A stretch of 64,000 nucleotides of DNA from Nitrospirota bacterium (lineage in GTDB: Bacteria; Nitrospirota; UBA9217). The stretch spans positions 128,001 through 192,000 of the forward strand of contig CAVVUN010000001.1 of assembly GCA_963751455.1 (NCBI GenBank), in the 5' to 3' direction. How positions within the stretch are numbered: position 1 is the stretch's first letter; every line of letters starts with the position of its first letter. The notes below the pieces were generated by a model, which worked only from the letters and a program-made list of their open reading frames with translations, was not told the DNA's origin and made no database searches. Shown in pieces: positions 9,379 through 18,805 of the stretch. The translations under genes were made by a program, and so were the position numbers.

Positions 9379-9493
9379 AGACGCTGCAAATTATATTTTT
9401 CAGCTTTTTGTGAGACGACAAAAATATAAGGAATCGTTAGAAGCATTTGTCTTTGACACTTTGCTATAAGCTGTGATTGCTTACGAATTAATC

Positions 9494-9524
9494 AAAAAAG
9501 CCCGCCCCATAAAACGGGGCGGGC
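9494..9524 (-). terminator. Rho-independent terminator
   Basis: Stem GCCCGCCCC / GGGGCGGGC with T6 on the minus strand, 14 bp after the stop of the TPR-SLH gene. Confidence 0.8.
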
Positions 9525-9537
9525 ATAATAGCACTAA

Positions 9538-10695
9538 TCAGAATTTCAGCTGGTTTTTGAATTCGCGGATCGCGAGCAACGCATCCGCACCGCATACGGG
9601 GTCACCCGGTTTAAATTCACCGGTTGCCTTGTCCGCTTCAAGGAATCCGCGGGAGGCAGCAACCATGGCCGCATTGAACGCATAGTGATCGCTGCGGAGG
9701 TCAGGAAACAGTGAAGACGACCCGACGTATTTCGTCGCCAGTTTCTCGTCGCCGCTCACCTTGATCAGGATATCCTCCAGCATCAGCGCGAATTCGGCCT
9801 TCGTAATCAGCTTTGTCGGTTCGAACGTGTGGTTCGGCCCGGCTTCGAGTCCACGGACCTGGAGCCTGAGCACGGTATCTATGCTCGGCTTGAGCCAGTT
9901 GTCCGAAATATCGGTCGCAGCTTCAATCTTCACAACTTTTTCCGTTGTCATGGCAGTCGCTGTCGCCTCGGTCGGCGCCTTGAAAGCAGTGTCATAGGTC
10001 TTCGGTCCGCGTTTGGTAAAGAGCTTCTCCAGGTCCATTTCCTGCACGAAAAGCGCCGAGATATCTGCCCGGTCGATCCTGTCAATCAGCGCAATCTGCC
10101 TGCCGATCACGGTCCCCGGCGCGGCGCGCTGGATCTTCTGGATTACCGACCACTCAGCGTTGGCCTCGACGGTGAACTCCTTGTTCATATCGAGGACCTT
10201 GCGGAACATTTCGGCTGCCCGGTCAAAATCCAATGCCACCTTGTATGCAGTACCCATATAGTAGTGCAAGGCAGCGCTGTTCGGATCTTTTTCGAATGCC
10301 TCTTTGAATTCCTTTTCCGTGTTTTTGACCCAGTCCTCCCCGCGCTGCATGCCGTAGAGGCGAATCATGCCGATATTTGACTGGATGCCCTTCTCTTCAT
10401 AGTCCTTGGCTGTCTCCATATTCTCAAAGGCGGCTTTGAAGTCCCCTTTTTTCCCGAGCACGAGGCCCTTGCCGATATATCCCAGCGGCGCTTTGGGGGC
10501 CAAAGCGATCGCCCGGTCAAACGATCTTATAGCGTCGTCAAGCTGTCCTTTATCGAGATACGTAAGCCCGTTCTTATAATGGTACTCCGGCGTGTCCATA
10601 ATCGAAGTCGAAGGGGCTATCTTGGGGCCACACCCGACCGCTGTCAATGCCAGAACCGCCGCCACAACGATGATCCGCTTTATCTGTGTAAACAT
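9538..10695 (-). CDS. TPR-repeat lipoprotein with C-terminal SLH domains
   Basis: Lipobox AVGC; TPR repeats; SLH motifs TDISDNWLK...FEPTKLITKAEFA and FPDLRSDHYAF...FKPGDPVCGADA. Confidence 0.8.
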   Translation of the reverse strand: MFTQIKRIIVVAAVLALTAVGCGPKIAPSTSIMDTPEYHYKNGLTYLDKGQLDDAIRSFDRAIALAPKAPLGYIGKGLVLGKKGDFKAAFENMETAKDYEEKGIQSNIGMIRLYGMQRGEDWVKNTEKEFKEAFEKDPNSAALHYYMGTAYKVALDFDRAAEMFRKVLDMNKEFTVEANAEWSVIQKIQRAAPGTVIGRQIALIDRIDRADISALFVQEMDLEKLFTKRGPKTYDTAFKAPTEATATAMTTEKVVKIEAATDISDNWLKPSIDTVLRLQVRGLEAGPNHTFEPTKLITKAEFALMLEDILIKVSGDEKLATKYVGSSSLFPDLRSDHYAFNAAMVAASRGFLEADKATGEFKPGDPVCGADALLAIREFKNQLKF

Positions 10696-10725
10696 TCAAA
10701 CCTCCTATTTCTCTTTGATTAATTT

Positions 10726-11604
10726 TCAATCAACGAGGATTATTACCCTGCATTTTTCAAGCATGCTCAGATTTTGAGATGCGCTTTGCAATGCCGCAGC
10801 ATCGGCATTGGAGATCACCGTGTCCACCCGGCCGTCCCCGGAGACTTTGATAGCCTTGACGAGGAGCGGCTTGTCTGTTACGCGCGGATTTGTCTGCGCC
10901 GCAGCGGGGTCCTTCATATAGCCCGCCATGCCCTCCTTGACAGCCCAATCTCTGTTGACCCAGGCAGACCCGTAAACCTCTTTGCCGTCCTCATTCAGGA
11001 CCTTCGGCGACATTGCAGGTCTCAAGCCGAGGCCGCGGGCGTCGACGACCAACCCTGTATAAAGCTGACCAGTGATTGCTCCCGGCGCCTGTGCAGCCGG
11101 AGGGGTCGCTGCTGCTGCACCGGCAGTTGACGGTGCGGCAGCCTGCGGCGGAAGAAGGGCTTCTGCAAGCGCGCCAGTCAGCTTCATTCCGACAGTTACC
11201 TCGACTGACCCGTCTGACATATATTTTTTGTCCATGATCATCGCGCCCTGTATAATGCCGTTGACCTGTGTTTTAATAACGTCACTGGTGACGATAAAAT
11301 TCTCCACCGTAGTTGTGGAATCTACCCGAACGCCTTTGACGGCCTCAAGAAGATTTCTGTAAGCAACAACCTGAGCAGCACGTTCCGCCATTGCCCGTGC
11401 CTGTGCAGCGTTTGCAGGTTGCGCCGGGGGGGCGCCGATGCCGACAGCGGTGATCATGCCGGTGGTCCAATCAACTTTGCCGGTGCTGCCTACCGGGTCT
11501 ACAACGTCCTTAATAGTGCCGGTCAGTTGTGCAACCGCACTGCCCGCTGCAAGTATAAAAACCGCAAGTACGATTACAAAAAAACGAGTTCTTATTTGAA
11601 ACAT
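10726..11604 (-). CDS. LPP20/FlgP-like secreted protein with Ala/Pro-rich linker
   Basis: Signal peptide; AVGIGAPP...ARAMAERAAQVVAYRNLLEAVKGVRVDS; YTGLVVDARGLGLRPAMSPKV; paralog of 6889-7959. Confidence 0.7.
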   Translation of the reverse strand: MFQIRTRFFVIVLAVFILAAGSAVAQLTGTIKDVVDPVGSTGKVDWTTGMITAVGIGAPPAQPANAAQARAMAERAAQVVAYRNLLEAVKGVRVDSTTTVENFIVTSDVIKTQVNGIIQGAMIMDKKYMSDGSVEVTVGMKLTGALAEALLPPQAAAPSTAGAAAATPPAAQAPGAITGQLYTGLVVDARGLGLRPAMSPKVLNEDGKEVYGSAWVNRDWAVKEGMAGYMKDPAAAQTNPRVTDKPLLVKAIKVSGDGRVDTVISNADAAALQSASQNLSMLEKCRVIILVD

Positions 11605-11979
11605 GTTGTCCCTCCCTATCAGAACGGTTTAATTATGGAGCCTAAATCGCAGAGGATTTCGATGCTCACCTCCTTATTTATGACTAAAGGCAAGCGACCC
11701 AAATTTTGAGCACTATTTCACATAAGTCTTTGTGAGTCAAGGTAATATTCACCTTTGAATCGGGAAGAAATCGTTAAAATACTCCCTGTAAAGGGCTGTC
11801 CAGGACAACGGGCGGGTAATACAGGCTGGAAAAACATAACAGAATATACCCAAAGGATTAGTTTTTGTCAAGACCGGCGAATTTGGGAATATAACCAAAA
11901 AAGGCATTTTTGCATTATCCAAGATACTTGGGAATGTCAACTATAACTGTGAGCGCGAGCGTCTCTCCTGCCTTGTTTT

Positions 11980-12702
11980 TTAAATAGCACGTGCAAGAGT
12001 TACTGCTGTTACCTTCGAAGCTCCGGCTTTCTTAAGAACGAGACTGCACTCATTCATGGTGGCCCCCGACGTAAATACATCGTCGACAAGGACTACGTCT
12101 TTGCCGTCAATTTCTTCCGGACGGAGGAGTGAAAAAGCTCTTGAGACGTTTTTAATCCGCTCTTCTCCGGAAAGATCCACCTGCGGTCTGGTCGGGCGGA
12201 CCCTGACCAGGTTGTCGAAGCTGAGGGGGATAGAGAACGCTTTTCCGATTTCATGGGCAAGGATAAGGGACTGATTGAATCCTCTGTGCCTCAGGCGCTC
12301 CCTGTGGAGCGGAACAGGCATGATGCAGTCAATGCTCGAATGAGGACGGATATTTTTCACCATCCATAAGGCTAGGGGTTTACCGAGAGACCTGCAGGGC
12401 CGATACTTGAATTGATGGATGGCTTCCCGAAGGGAACCTTCAAAATATCCAATGGACAGCGCCTGGTCGAAAACAGGCGGCTTCTGCCTGCATGCCGAAC
12501 AGACATGCTCAGGACTGTGGGTGAGCGCTTCCGGGGAATCAAAGGGCCTTCCGCAACCGGGACAGGCAGCCCCGGTTATCAGCGAGAAATCAGACCAGCA
12601 TGTGGCACAGAAAAAAGGGATAAGCGAATCGCCGATCGGAGAACGGCAATGGGAGCAAGCGGTAGGCAGAATAAAATCCAGGAGCAGCCGAATAAGGTTC
12701 AT
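11980..12702 (-). CDS. comF: ComF family protein (double zinc ribbon plus phosphoribosyltransferase)
   Basis: Four CxxC pairs; PVPLH..R...RGFNQS; VLVDDVFTSGAT. Confidence 0.9.
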   Translation of the reverse strand: MNLIRLLLDFILPTACSHCRSPIGDSLIPFFCATCWSDFSLITGAACPGCGRPFDSPEALTHSPEHVCSACRQKPPVFDQALSIGYFEGSLREAIHQFKYRPCRSLGKPLALWMVKNIRPHSSIDCIMPVPLHRERLRHRGFNQSLILAHEIGKAFSIPLSFDNLVRVRPTRPQVDLSGEERIKNVSRAFSLLRPEEIDGKDVVLVDDVFTSGATMNECSLVLKKAGASKVTAVTLARAI

Positions 12703-12745
12703 ATCTGGAGCACCTTACCCTTTCACGCTGCGCAGCCGGAGACGA

Positions 12746-14293
12746 TCACTTAACAATAAGGCTCTTTCCCGTCATCTCAGCCGGTTGTTCAATTCCGAGT
12801 AGAGCCAGCACCGTCGGCGCGACATCTGCAAGCAGCCCGCCGTCCTTTACCCTCGGGTTCTCCCCGACAACGATAAACGGAACCGGGTCCGTCGTATGCG
12901 CAGTATGCGGCTGCCCGGAAGACGGGTCTGCCATCATTTCGATGTTTCCGTGGTCGGCGGTTATCAGTACTCGAGTGCCTGTCTCCTCGGCTGCCTGCAG
13001 GACTTTCCCGAGACACTCATCCAACGTCTCGACGGCCTTGACCGCTGCTTCCAGTATTCCGGTATGACCTACCATGTCCGGATTTGCGTAATTGACAAGG
13101 ATAAATCCATATTGACCGGAGCGAATAGCGCTAACGAGTTTGTCAGTGATCTCCCGCGCGCTCATCTCCGGTTTCTTATCGTATGTTGCAACATCTCTCG
13201 GTGACGGAACAAGCACCCTGTCTTCAAGCGGAAAGGGGCGCTCTTCACCGCCATTGAAAAAAAAAGTCACATGTGCGTATTTTTCGGTTTCTGCTATGCG
13301 GAACTGGCGAACGCCATTGGCTGCTCAGGATTTCGCCCAGGATATTCGTAAGCCTCACGGGAGCAAAAGCGACGGGGAGATCGAAGGTCTCATCATAGGC
13401 AGTGAGGCAAACAAAAGCGAGCATAAGGCCGGAACAGTATTCCGCTTGAATCCGTCAAAGCTCGGGTCGGTCAGGGCCTTCGTGATCTCGCGCGCCCTGA
13501 TCCGATCGGAAATTGCAAAAGATAACGGCGTCGCTGTCTCCAATGGTGGCCAACGGACTGCTCGACTTCGGGCATCGATAATGACCGTCGGCATCATAAA
13601 TTCGTCGGTTCTGCCGTTTTCATAGCTCTTCTTTACCGCTTCGGCAGCGGTGTAGCTCATGGCCCCTTCACCCTTTACCAGCGCCGCATACGCCTTCTCC
13701 ACGCGGTCCCAGCGTTTATCCCGGTCCATAGCGTAATAGCGCCCGGAAATCGTGGCGATCTTTCCGATTCCGATTTTCGCAAGATGGCTTTCGAGGCGGG
13801 CGATATATTCGAGCGCGCTTGACGGCGGGGTGTCCCTGCCGTCCAGGAAGGCATGAAAAAATACATTCTGAACGCCCAGGGATTTGGCCATATCAAGCAT
13901 GGCGAAGATGTGGTCAAGCCTGCTGTGCACGCCGCCGTCGGAAAGCAGCGCCATAAGATGAAGTGCAGCGCCCTGTCTTTTCGCTGATTCCATGGCAGAC
14001 ATCAGAACAGGATTTTTAAAGAAATCTCCTTCTCTGACCGCCTTGCTGATGCGTGTGGAATCCTGATATACAACCCTTCCGGCGCCGAGGTTCAAATGCC
14101 CTACTTCCGAATTTCCCATCTGGCCATCGGGCAGACCAACTGCCTCGCCGGCAGCCTGAAGTTTGGTATGTGGACAAGCGGCGATCAGGCTGCGGTAAAC
14201 GGGAGCATGAGCCGATGCGATTGCGTTGGCTTCTTTCTTCTCGCTGATCCCCCAACCATCGAGAACGATCAGCACAACTGGTTTGCGATACAT
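12746..14293 (-). CDS. gpmI: 2,3-bisphosphoglycerate-independent phosphoglycerate mutase; several frameshifts at ~13270-13580, probably sequence errors
   Basis: [30 protein letters not shown] and GRYYAMDRD in ORF 13355-14293; [18 protein letters not shown] and LADVAPT in ORF 12746-13270. Confidence 0.9.
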
Positions 14294-14457
14294 TTAAACT
14301 CCCCTGCCCGATTAAATCCAAATCACAAATGAGACTAATTTCAAAAACAAATCAAAAATGCGTATTGGCGCTGTTATTGGATTTGTTTGAGATTTGAAGA
14401 TTTGGCGTTATTGGAGCTTATTTGCTATTTGATGCTTGTTACTTGGAGTTTGTACTA

Positions 14458-15766
14458 TCAGCAGGTCTTTTCGAGATTTACTCCGAACGTGTTCCACTTT
14501 CCGCAGTTCGGACACCGGCCGGACCAGCCCTTGGTGTGCAATTCGCAATTGGAGCAGACATACGGGACAATGATCTGTTTCTTGAATCCGAGTGCCCTCT
14601 TAAATTCCGACGCAGCAAGTCCGAGTGAACCGCGGCGAAGATAGATATTGCCGAGCAGTTTGTGCACATCCGGTAGATCCCTATCGCCCCAGTCAGCTGA
14701 CGACAGGATGTCGAACGCCTCGTCCACCATTTCAAGACGGTAGTACAGCTTCCCGAGAAAGAATCTCAGCGTAATATCCTGCGGCTTCCACATGACCGCC
14801 TGTTTATAGAGCTCGATCGCGCATCCGGGCTCACCCTGTTTCAGATAAAGATCCTCGATACGGTGCAGAAGCAGTACCGAAGACGTCATTTTATACGCTT
14901 TCTCCCAGAGTTCTGCCGCTTCCTTTACCTTATCTTCCTCGAGATAAACTTCTCCAAGCCCCAGATATGCAGGAATGAAATCTTTGTCCAGTTTGATCAC
15001 ACCGCGGAATATTTTCTTTGCGCGTTCCAGGTCGCCTGCCTCCAGCAGTGAACGGCCAAGCTCGTATTTGAAACCCACAAGCTTTCGGTGCTCAATCTCC
15101 TGTTCCGCGGGCGACAAAGGATTGGCAGAGAATACGCCGCTGGGTCTCGGATAGTTCCTCCCAGTGATTGAGCCGTTGATACAGATCCCGCATTTTTATA
15201 AGCGCCGTCAGGTTGGTCGGATCCTTGGAGATTATTTCCTGATAGACTTTCAGAGCGTCGTCATAGCGCTTTGCTTCTTCATAATCTGCGGAAAGAGAAA
15301 ACATGACTTCCTGGTTGTCATAGTCCAGACTCAATGCCTTCTGGTGAAGGAGAATGGCTTCATGATGATTTTTTTCGCGCAGCTGGCTTATTCCCATCCT
15401 GAGCAGCGTATCTACATGGTTAGGATCGATCGAGAGTACCTTCTGAAAAAAACTGGTCGCTTCGGGGTTGCGTTTTGCAAGCAGCGAGTTGAGACCTTTG
15501 GTATACAGCTCCTGGATACGGGACCGCTTTTTCTGTTCGCGCTGCACACGAAGACCGCGAAGAAACCTTTTGACATCGCGGAGCAGGTATAGAAACAGGA
15601 CACTGCCCGCGCCTGCGGCAAGTGAAATCAGAAAGAATGCGGATTTTGAGATATCGTACGACCGGGAAGGAAGGAGATTAACGGTCATTGTACCCGGATT
15701 GAACTCATACAGCGCGAAAATCGCAAATGCGATCAGGAGAAGCACTATCGTTACGAAAAACTTCAT
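14458..15766 (-). CDS. lapB: LapA-like N-terminus fused to LapB-type TPR protein with C-terminal rubredoxin-like Zn finger; frameshift near 15110
   Basis: Two TM segments, then TPRs (ORF 15092-15766), continuing in ORF 14458-15117 that ends YVCSNC...WSGRCPNCGKWNT. Confidence 0.75.
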
Positions 15767-15859
15767 GCATGATCCTTTCCGCAGAAAAAATAGCGGTAAA
15801 AACCGTTCGTCAGGAGCCTAAAAGTCCGATCCGCAACCGCAAAAACAAGATAAGATATC

Positions 15860-16330
15860 TCAGTAGTGATACGTCTTCCCTTTAATAATCGTGAACGCGC
15901 GGTAGAGCTGTTCTAGAACAACCAGCCTTGCCATTTCATGAGTCAGAGTCCACCGTGACAGCGCAAGGGTCCTCTGCGAACTGGTAGTCACCTCTTCAGC
16001 AAGGCCCAGAGCGCCCCCAATGATAAAAGATGTTTCCCTGACGCCGGACTCTAGTACTTCATTTAACAATGCGGCAAATTCATGGGATGTATATTCTTGA
16101 CCGCGTTCATCAAGGCTGACCATATAGGACCCGGCCGGAACAGCGCGGAATATCTTTTCCGCTTCTTTTTTCCGTATCACGGGCGCATCTTTCAGGTCAC
16201 GGATTTTTTCTTCCTTGAGTTCCCTGATGTCGATGTCCGCATAATGCCTGAGGTAACGAAGATACTTTTCGATCCCTTCCCGGATGAATGACTCCCTCGT
16301 TTTGCCCATGCAGATGATGCTTATTTTCAT
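15860..16330 (-). CDS. rlmH: 23S rRNA (pseudouridine1915-N3)-methyltransferase
   Basis: LDERG, FIIGGALG, LSRWTLTHEMARLVVLEQLYRA..I..G..YH; follows rsfS. Confidence 0.95.
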   Translation of the reverse strand: MKISIICMGKTRESFIREGIEKYLRYLRHYADIDIRELKEEKIRDLKDAPVIRKKEAEKIFRAVPAGSYMVSLDERGQEYTSHEFAALLNEVLESGVRETSFIIGGALGLAEEVTTSSQRTLALSRWTLTHEMARLVVLEQLYRAFTIIKGKTYHY

Positions 16331-16704
16331 GAAGAGGCGCCGCCGAGCGCCCGGGGCATTGAACCAACAGGAACGCGGAGTGCTTCACCCCAGAGCTTCT
16401 CGAGCGCATAGTAAATCCTCGTTTGCTCGTCGAAAATATGCACCACTACGTCGCCGTAGTCCATCAGCACCCACCGGGATTCTTCCTGTCCTTCCACATG
16501 TGAAGGAAGAACTCCCGTCTTCGCCAGTGTCTGGCCTATCCAGTCTGATATAGCGGAAACCTGCGTGGTATTGCTGCCGGAGCAGATCACGAAATAGTCG
16601 GTTATGTAGGTAAGTCCGCGGAGGTCGAGAATCAGGATGTCGAACGCCTTTTTGCCGTCCGCGGCTTCTGCGCACAAGCGTGCCGTTTCTAACGAATTAA
16701 CCAT
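16327..16704 (-). CDS. rsfS: Ribosome silencing factor
   Basis: KKAFDI.ILDL...TDYFVICSG; WVLMDYGDVVVHIF...R.YY.LEKLW. Confidence 0.95.
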   Translation of the reverse strand: MVNSLETARLCAEAADGKKAFDILILDLRGLTYITDYFVICSGSNTTQVSAISDWIGQTLAKTGVLPSHVEGQEESRWVLMDYGDVVVHIFDEQTRIYYALEKLWGEALRVPVGSMPRALGGASS

Positions 16705-17357
16705 ATAATGTATGATTAATTATATAGTGTTCTACGGATTCAGGCAAGAGATATTTAATCGTCCGCCGTGTTTTGACCCTTGTTCTGATGTCCGTTGACG
16801 ATATATCGTAGAGGGGAATCTTTTCGAGATATATCCGGAAGCCTCCGGTTGTCACAACCGATTGGTGTTGTTTCCCGCTGTCCAGCGCCGCCAGCTCGGC
16901 TGCGGCCGTTTGCATGAAGTCTATTTTCAGGAGATCCGGGAACCGGTAACCCGGCCTTGACAGCACTACAAAAGAGCAGAGCGCAAGGACGCGTTCCCAT
17001 CGATTCCAGGTTTGAATATCGAGAAAGGAGTCGAGACCTGTTATAAAATACAATTCCGAACCGGGATTGTCTGAAAGAAGCATGTCAAGCGTATCGGAGG
17101 TATATGACCTGCCTCCCCGCTGTATTTCGATGTCGGATACGGCAAAATTGGGATTTCCTGCAATCGCGAGACGAACCATGTCCAGTCGCTGTGCCGCGGA
17201 TGGAATGTCCCGACCCTGTTTATGGGGAGGCAGAAAAGGAAGGGATGAACAGCACCTGATCGAGCTTCAACCTGTCATGAATCTCTTCAGCCGCGGCAAG
17301 ATGGCCGTAATGTACGGGATTGAAGGTCCCTCCAAGGATGCCGAGTCGTCGATGCAA
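16697..17357 (-). CDS. nadD: Nicotinate-nucleotide adenylyltransferase; frameshift near 17230
   Basis: [15 protein letters not shown] (ORF 17220-17465) joins SYTSDTL...YFITGLDS...ISSTDIR (ORF 16697-17179); TTG start at 17357. Confidence 0.9.
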
Positions 17358-17367
17358 GATACCCCCG

Positions 17368-17480
17368 TCGGCATTCTCAGAATGCCGAATTGCATATTGC
17401 AAAGTGCAAATTGTAAATTGCAAAGGGAAATTTAAACTTATCATTTTGCAATTTGAAATTTGCAATTTTCATTTTACACT
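17368..17480. repeat. Palindrome plus inverted heptamer-repeat array between proA and nadD
   Basis: TCGGCATTCT-C-AGAATGCCGA palindrome (17368-17388); five ATTGCAA-like heptamers at 17389-17423; five inverted TTGCAAT-like heptamers at 17446-17480. Confidence 0.8.
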
Positions 17481-17485
17481 CTATC

Positions 17486-18748
17486 TTATCTTCTTATCTG
17501 TCCGTTCCCAAAAACAATGAATTTCGTGGAGGTCAGTTCCTCAAGGCCCATGGGACCGCGCGCGTGGATCCTGGTCGTTGAAATGCCTATTTCGGCGCCT
17601 AGACCGAATTCAAAGCCGTCATTCAGACGCGTGGACGCATTCACGAATACGGCTGAAGCGTCCACCTCCCGCTGGAACCTCATTGCTCTCGCATAATCGT
17701 CCGTCACAATCGCCTCCGAATGCTGGGAACCATGCGCCGCAATGTGTGTCATGGCAGCATCCAGGTCGTCGACCACTTTCACATTCAGGACGAGGTCGTT
17801 ATATTCCGTGTCCCAGTCTTTGTCCGTAGCAACCTTGACGTACGGTACTATTCCCGCGGTTCGGGTGCAGCCCCTGATCTCCACATTTGCCTTCGTGAAC
17901 CTTCCGATCATTGCCGGTAGAAACGAGGAAGCGAGATCTTTGTGCACAAGCATCGTTTCCATCGCATTGCAGGTTCCGGGACGCTGTACTTTAGCGTTAA
18001 AACAGATCTCTTCGGCCATGGCGGGATCCGCCTTGCAATCGACGTAGACGTGGCAGACGCCCTTGTCGTGCTTGATGACCGGGATGGTAGAATTCTCGGA
18101 TACCATCCTGATAAGCCCTTCGCCGCCGCGGGGAATGATCAGGTCGACGAACCGGCTCAGCTTAAGCATTTCCATCACACAGGCCCGGTCCGGGTTCTCG
18201 ATAAACGAAACTGTTCCATCGGGGATTCCGGCTTCAGCGCCCGCCAGTGACAGCACGCCGGCGATGGCCGTATTCGAATTGATTGCTTCAGACCCTCCGC
18301 GAAGCAGCACGCCATTGCCCGATTTCAAGCAGAGCGCAGCCGCATCCGCAGTAACGTTCGGCCGCGATTCGTAAATAATACCGATAAGCCCGATCGGCAC
18401 CCGCATCCGTCCGACCTGCATGCCGTTCGGCCTCCGCCACATCCTGAGCACCTCGCCGACCGGATCGGGAAGACCGGCTACCTCCCGCAAACCGTCGGCC
18501 ATGGCCTTGATCCTCGCCGGGTTCAACGTAAGCCGGTCGATCATTGCCTTTGAAAGGCCCTTCCCTTCCCCGGCGGACACGTCTTTTTTATTCTCGGCCA
18601 TGAGCCTGTCGGCTTCCTGTTCCAGCCCGGCAGCCATCCTGAAGAGGGCGTTGTTCTTTACCTCCGTTGAAAGGTTTGCCAGCTTTCTTGACGCTTCTTT
18701 GGCTTTTTTTGCCTTATCAGATACATACTGTTTAATGTCGTTGTCCAT
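17486..18748 (-). CDS. proA: Glutamate-5-semialdehyde dehydrogenase
   Basis: IIYESRPNVT, LRGGSEA, IIPRGGEGLI, CNAMET, NASTRL.DG..FGLGAEIGIST..HARGPMGL. Confidence 0.97.
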   Translation of the reverse strand: MDNDIKQYVSDKAKKAKEASRKLANLSTEVKNNALFRMAAGLEQEADRLMAENKKDVSAGEGKGLSKAMIDRLTLNPARIKAMADGLREVAGLPDPVGEVLRMWRRPNGMQVGRMRVPIGLIGIIYESRPNVTADAAALCLKSGNGVLLRGGSEAINSNTAIAGVLSLAGAEAGIPDGTVSFIENPDRACVMEMLKLSRFVDLIIPRGGEGLIRMVSENSTIPVIKHDKGVCHVYVDCKADPAMAEEICFNAKVQRPGTCNAMETMLVHKDLASSFLPAMIGRFTKANVEIRGCTRTAGIVPYVKVATDKDWDTEYNDLVLNVKVVDDLDAAMTHIAAHGSQHSEAIVTDDYARAMRFQREVDASAVFVNASTRLNDGFEFGLGAEIGISTTRIHARGPMGLEELTSTKFIVFGNGQIRR

Positions 18749-18805
18749 ACCATCCTCCGATGCGCCCGGCCATCGCTCATCAACTGAGAAGTAACCCGGG
18801 GTCGT

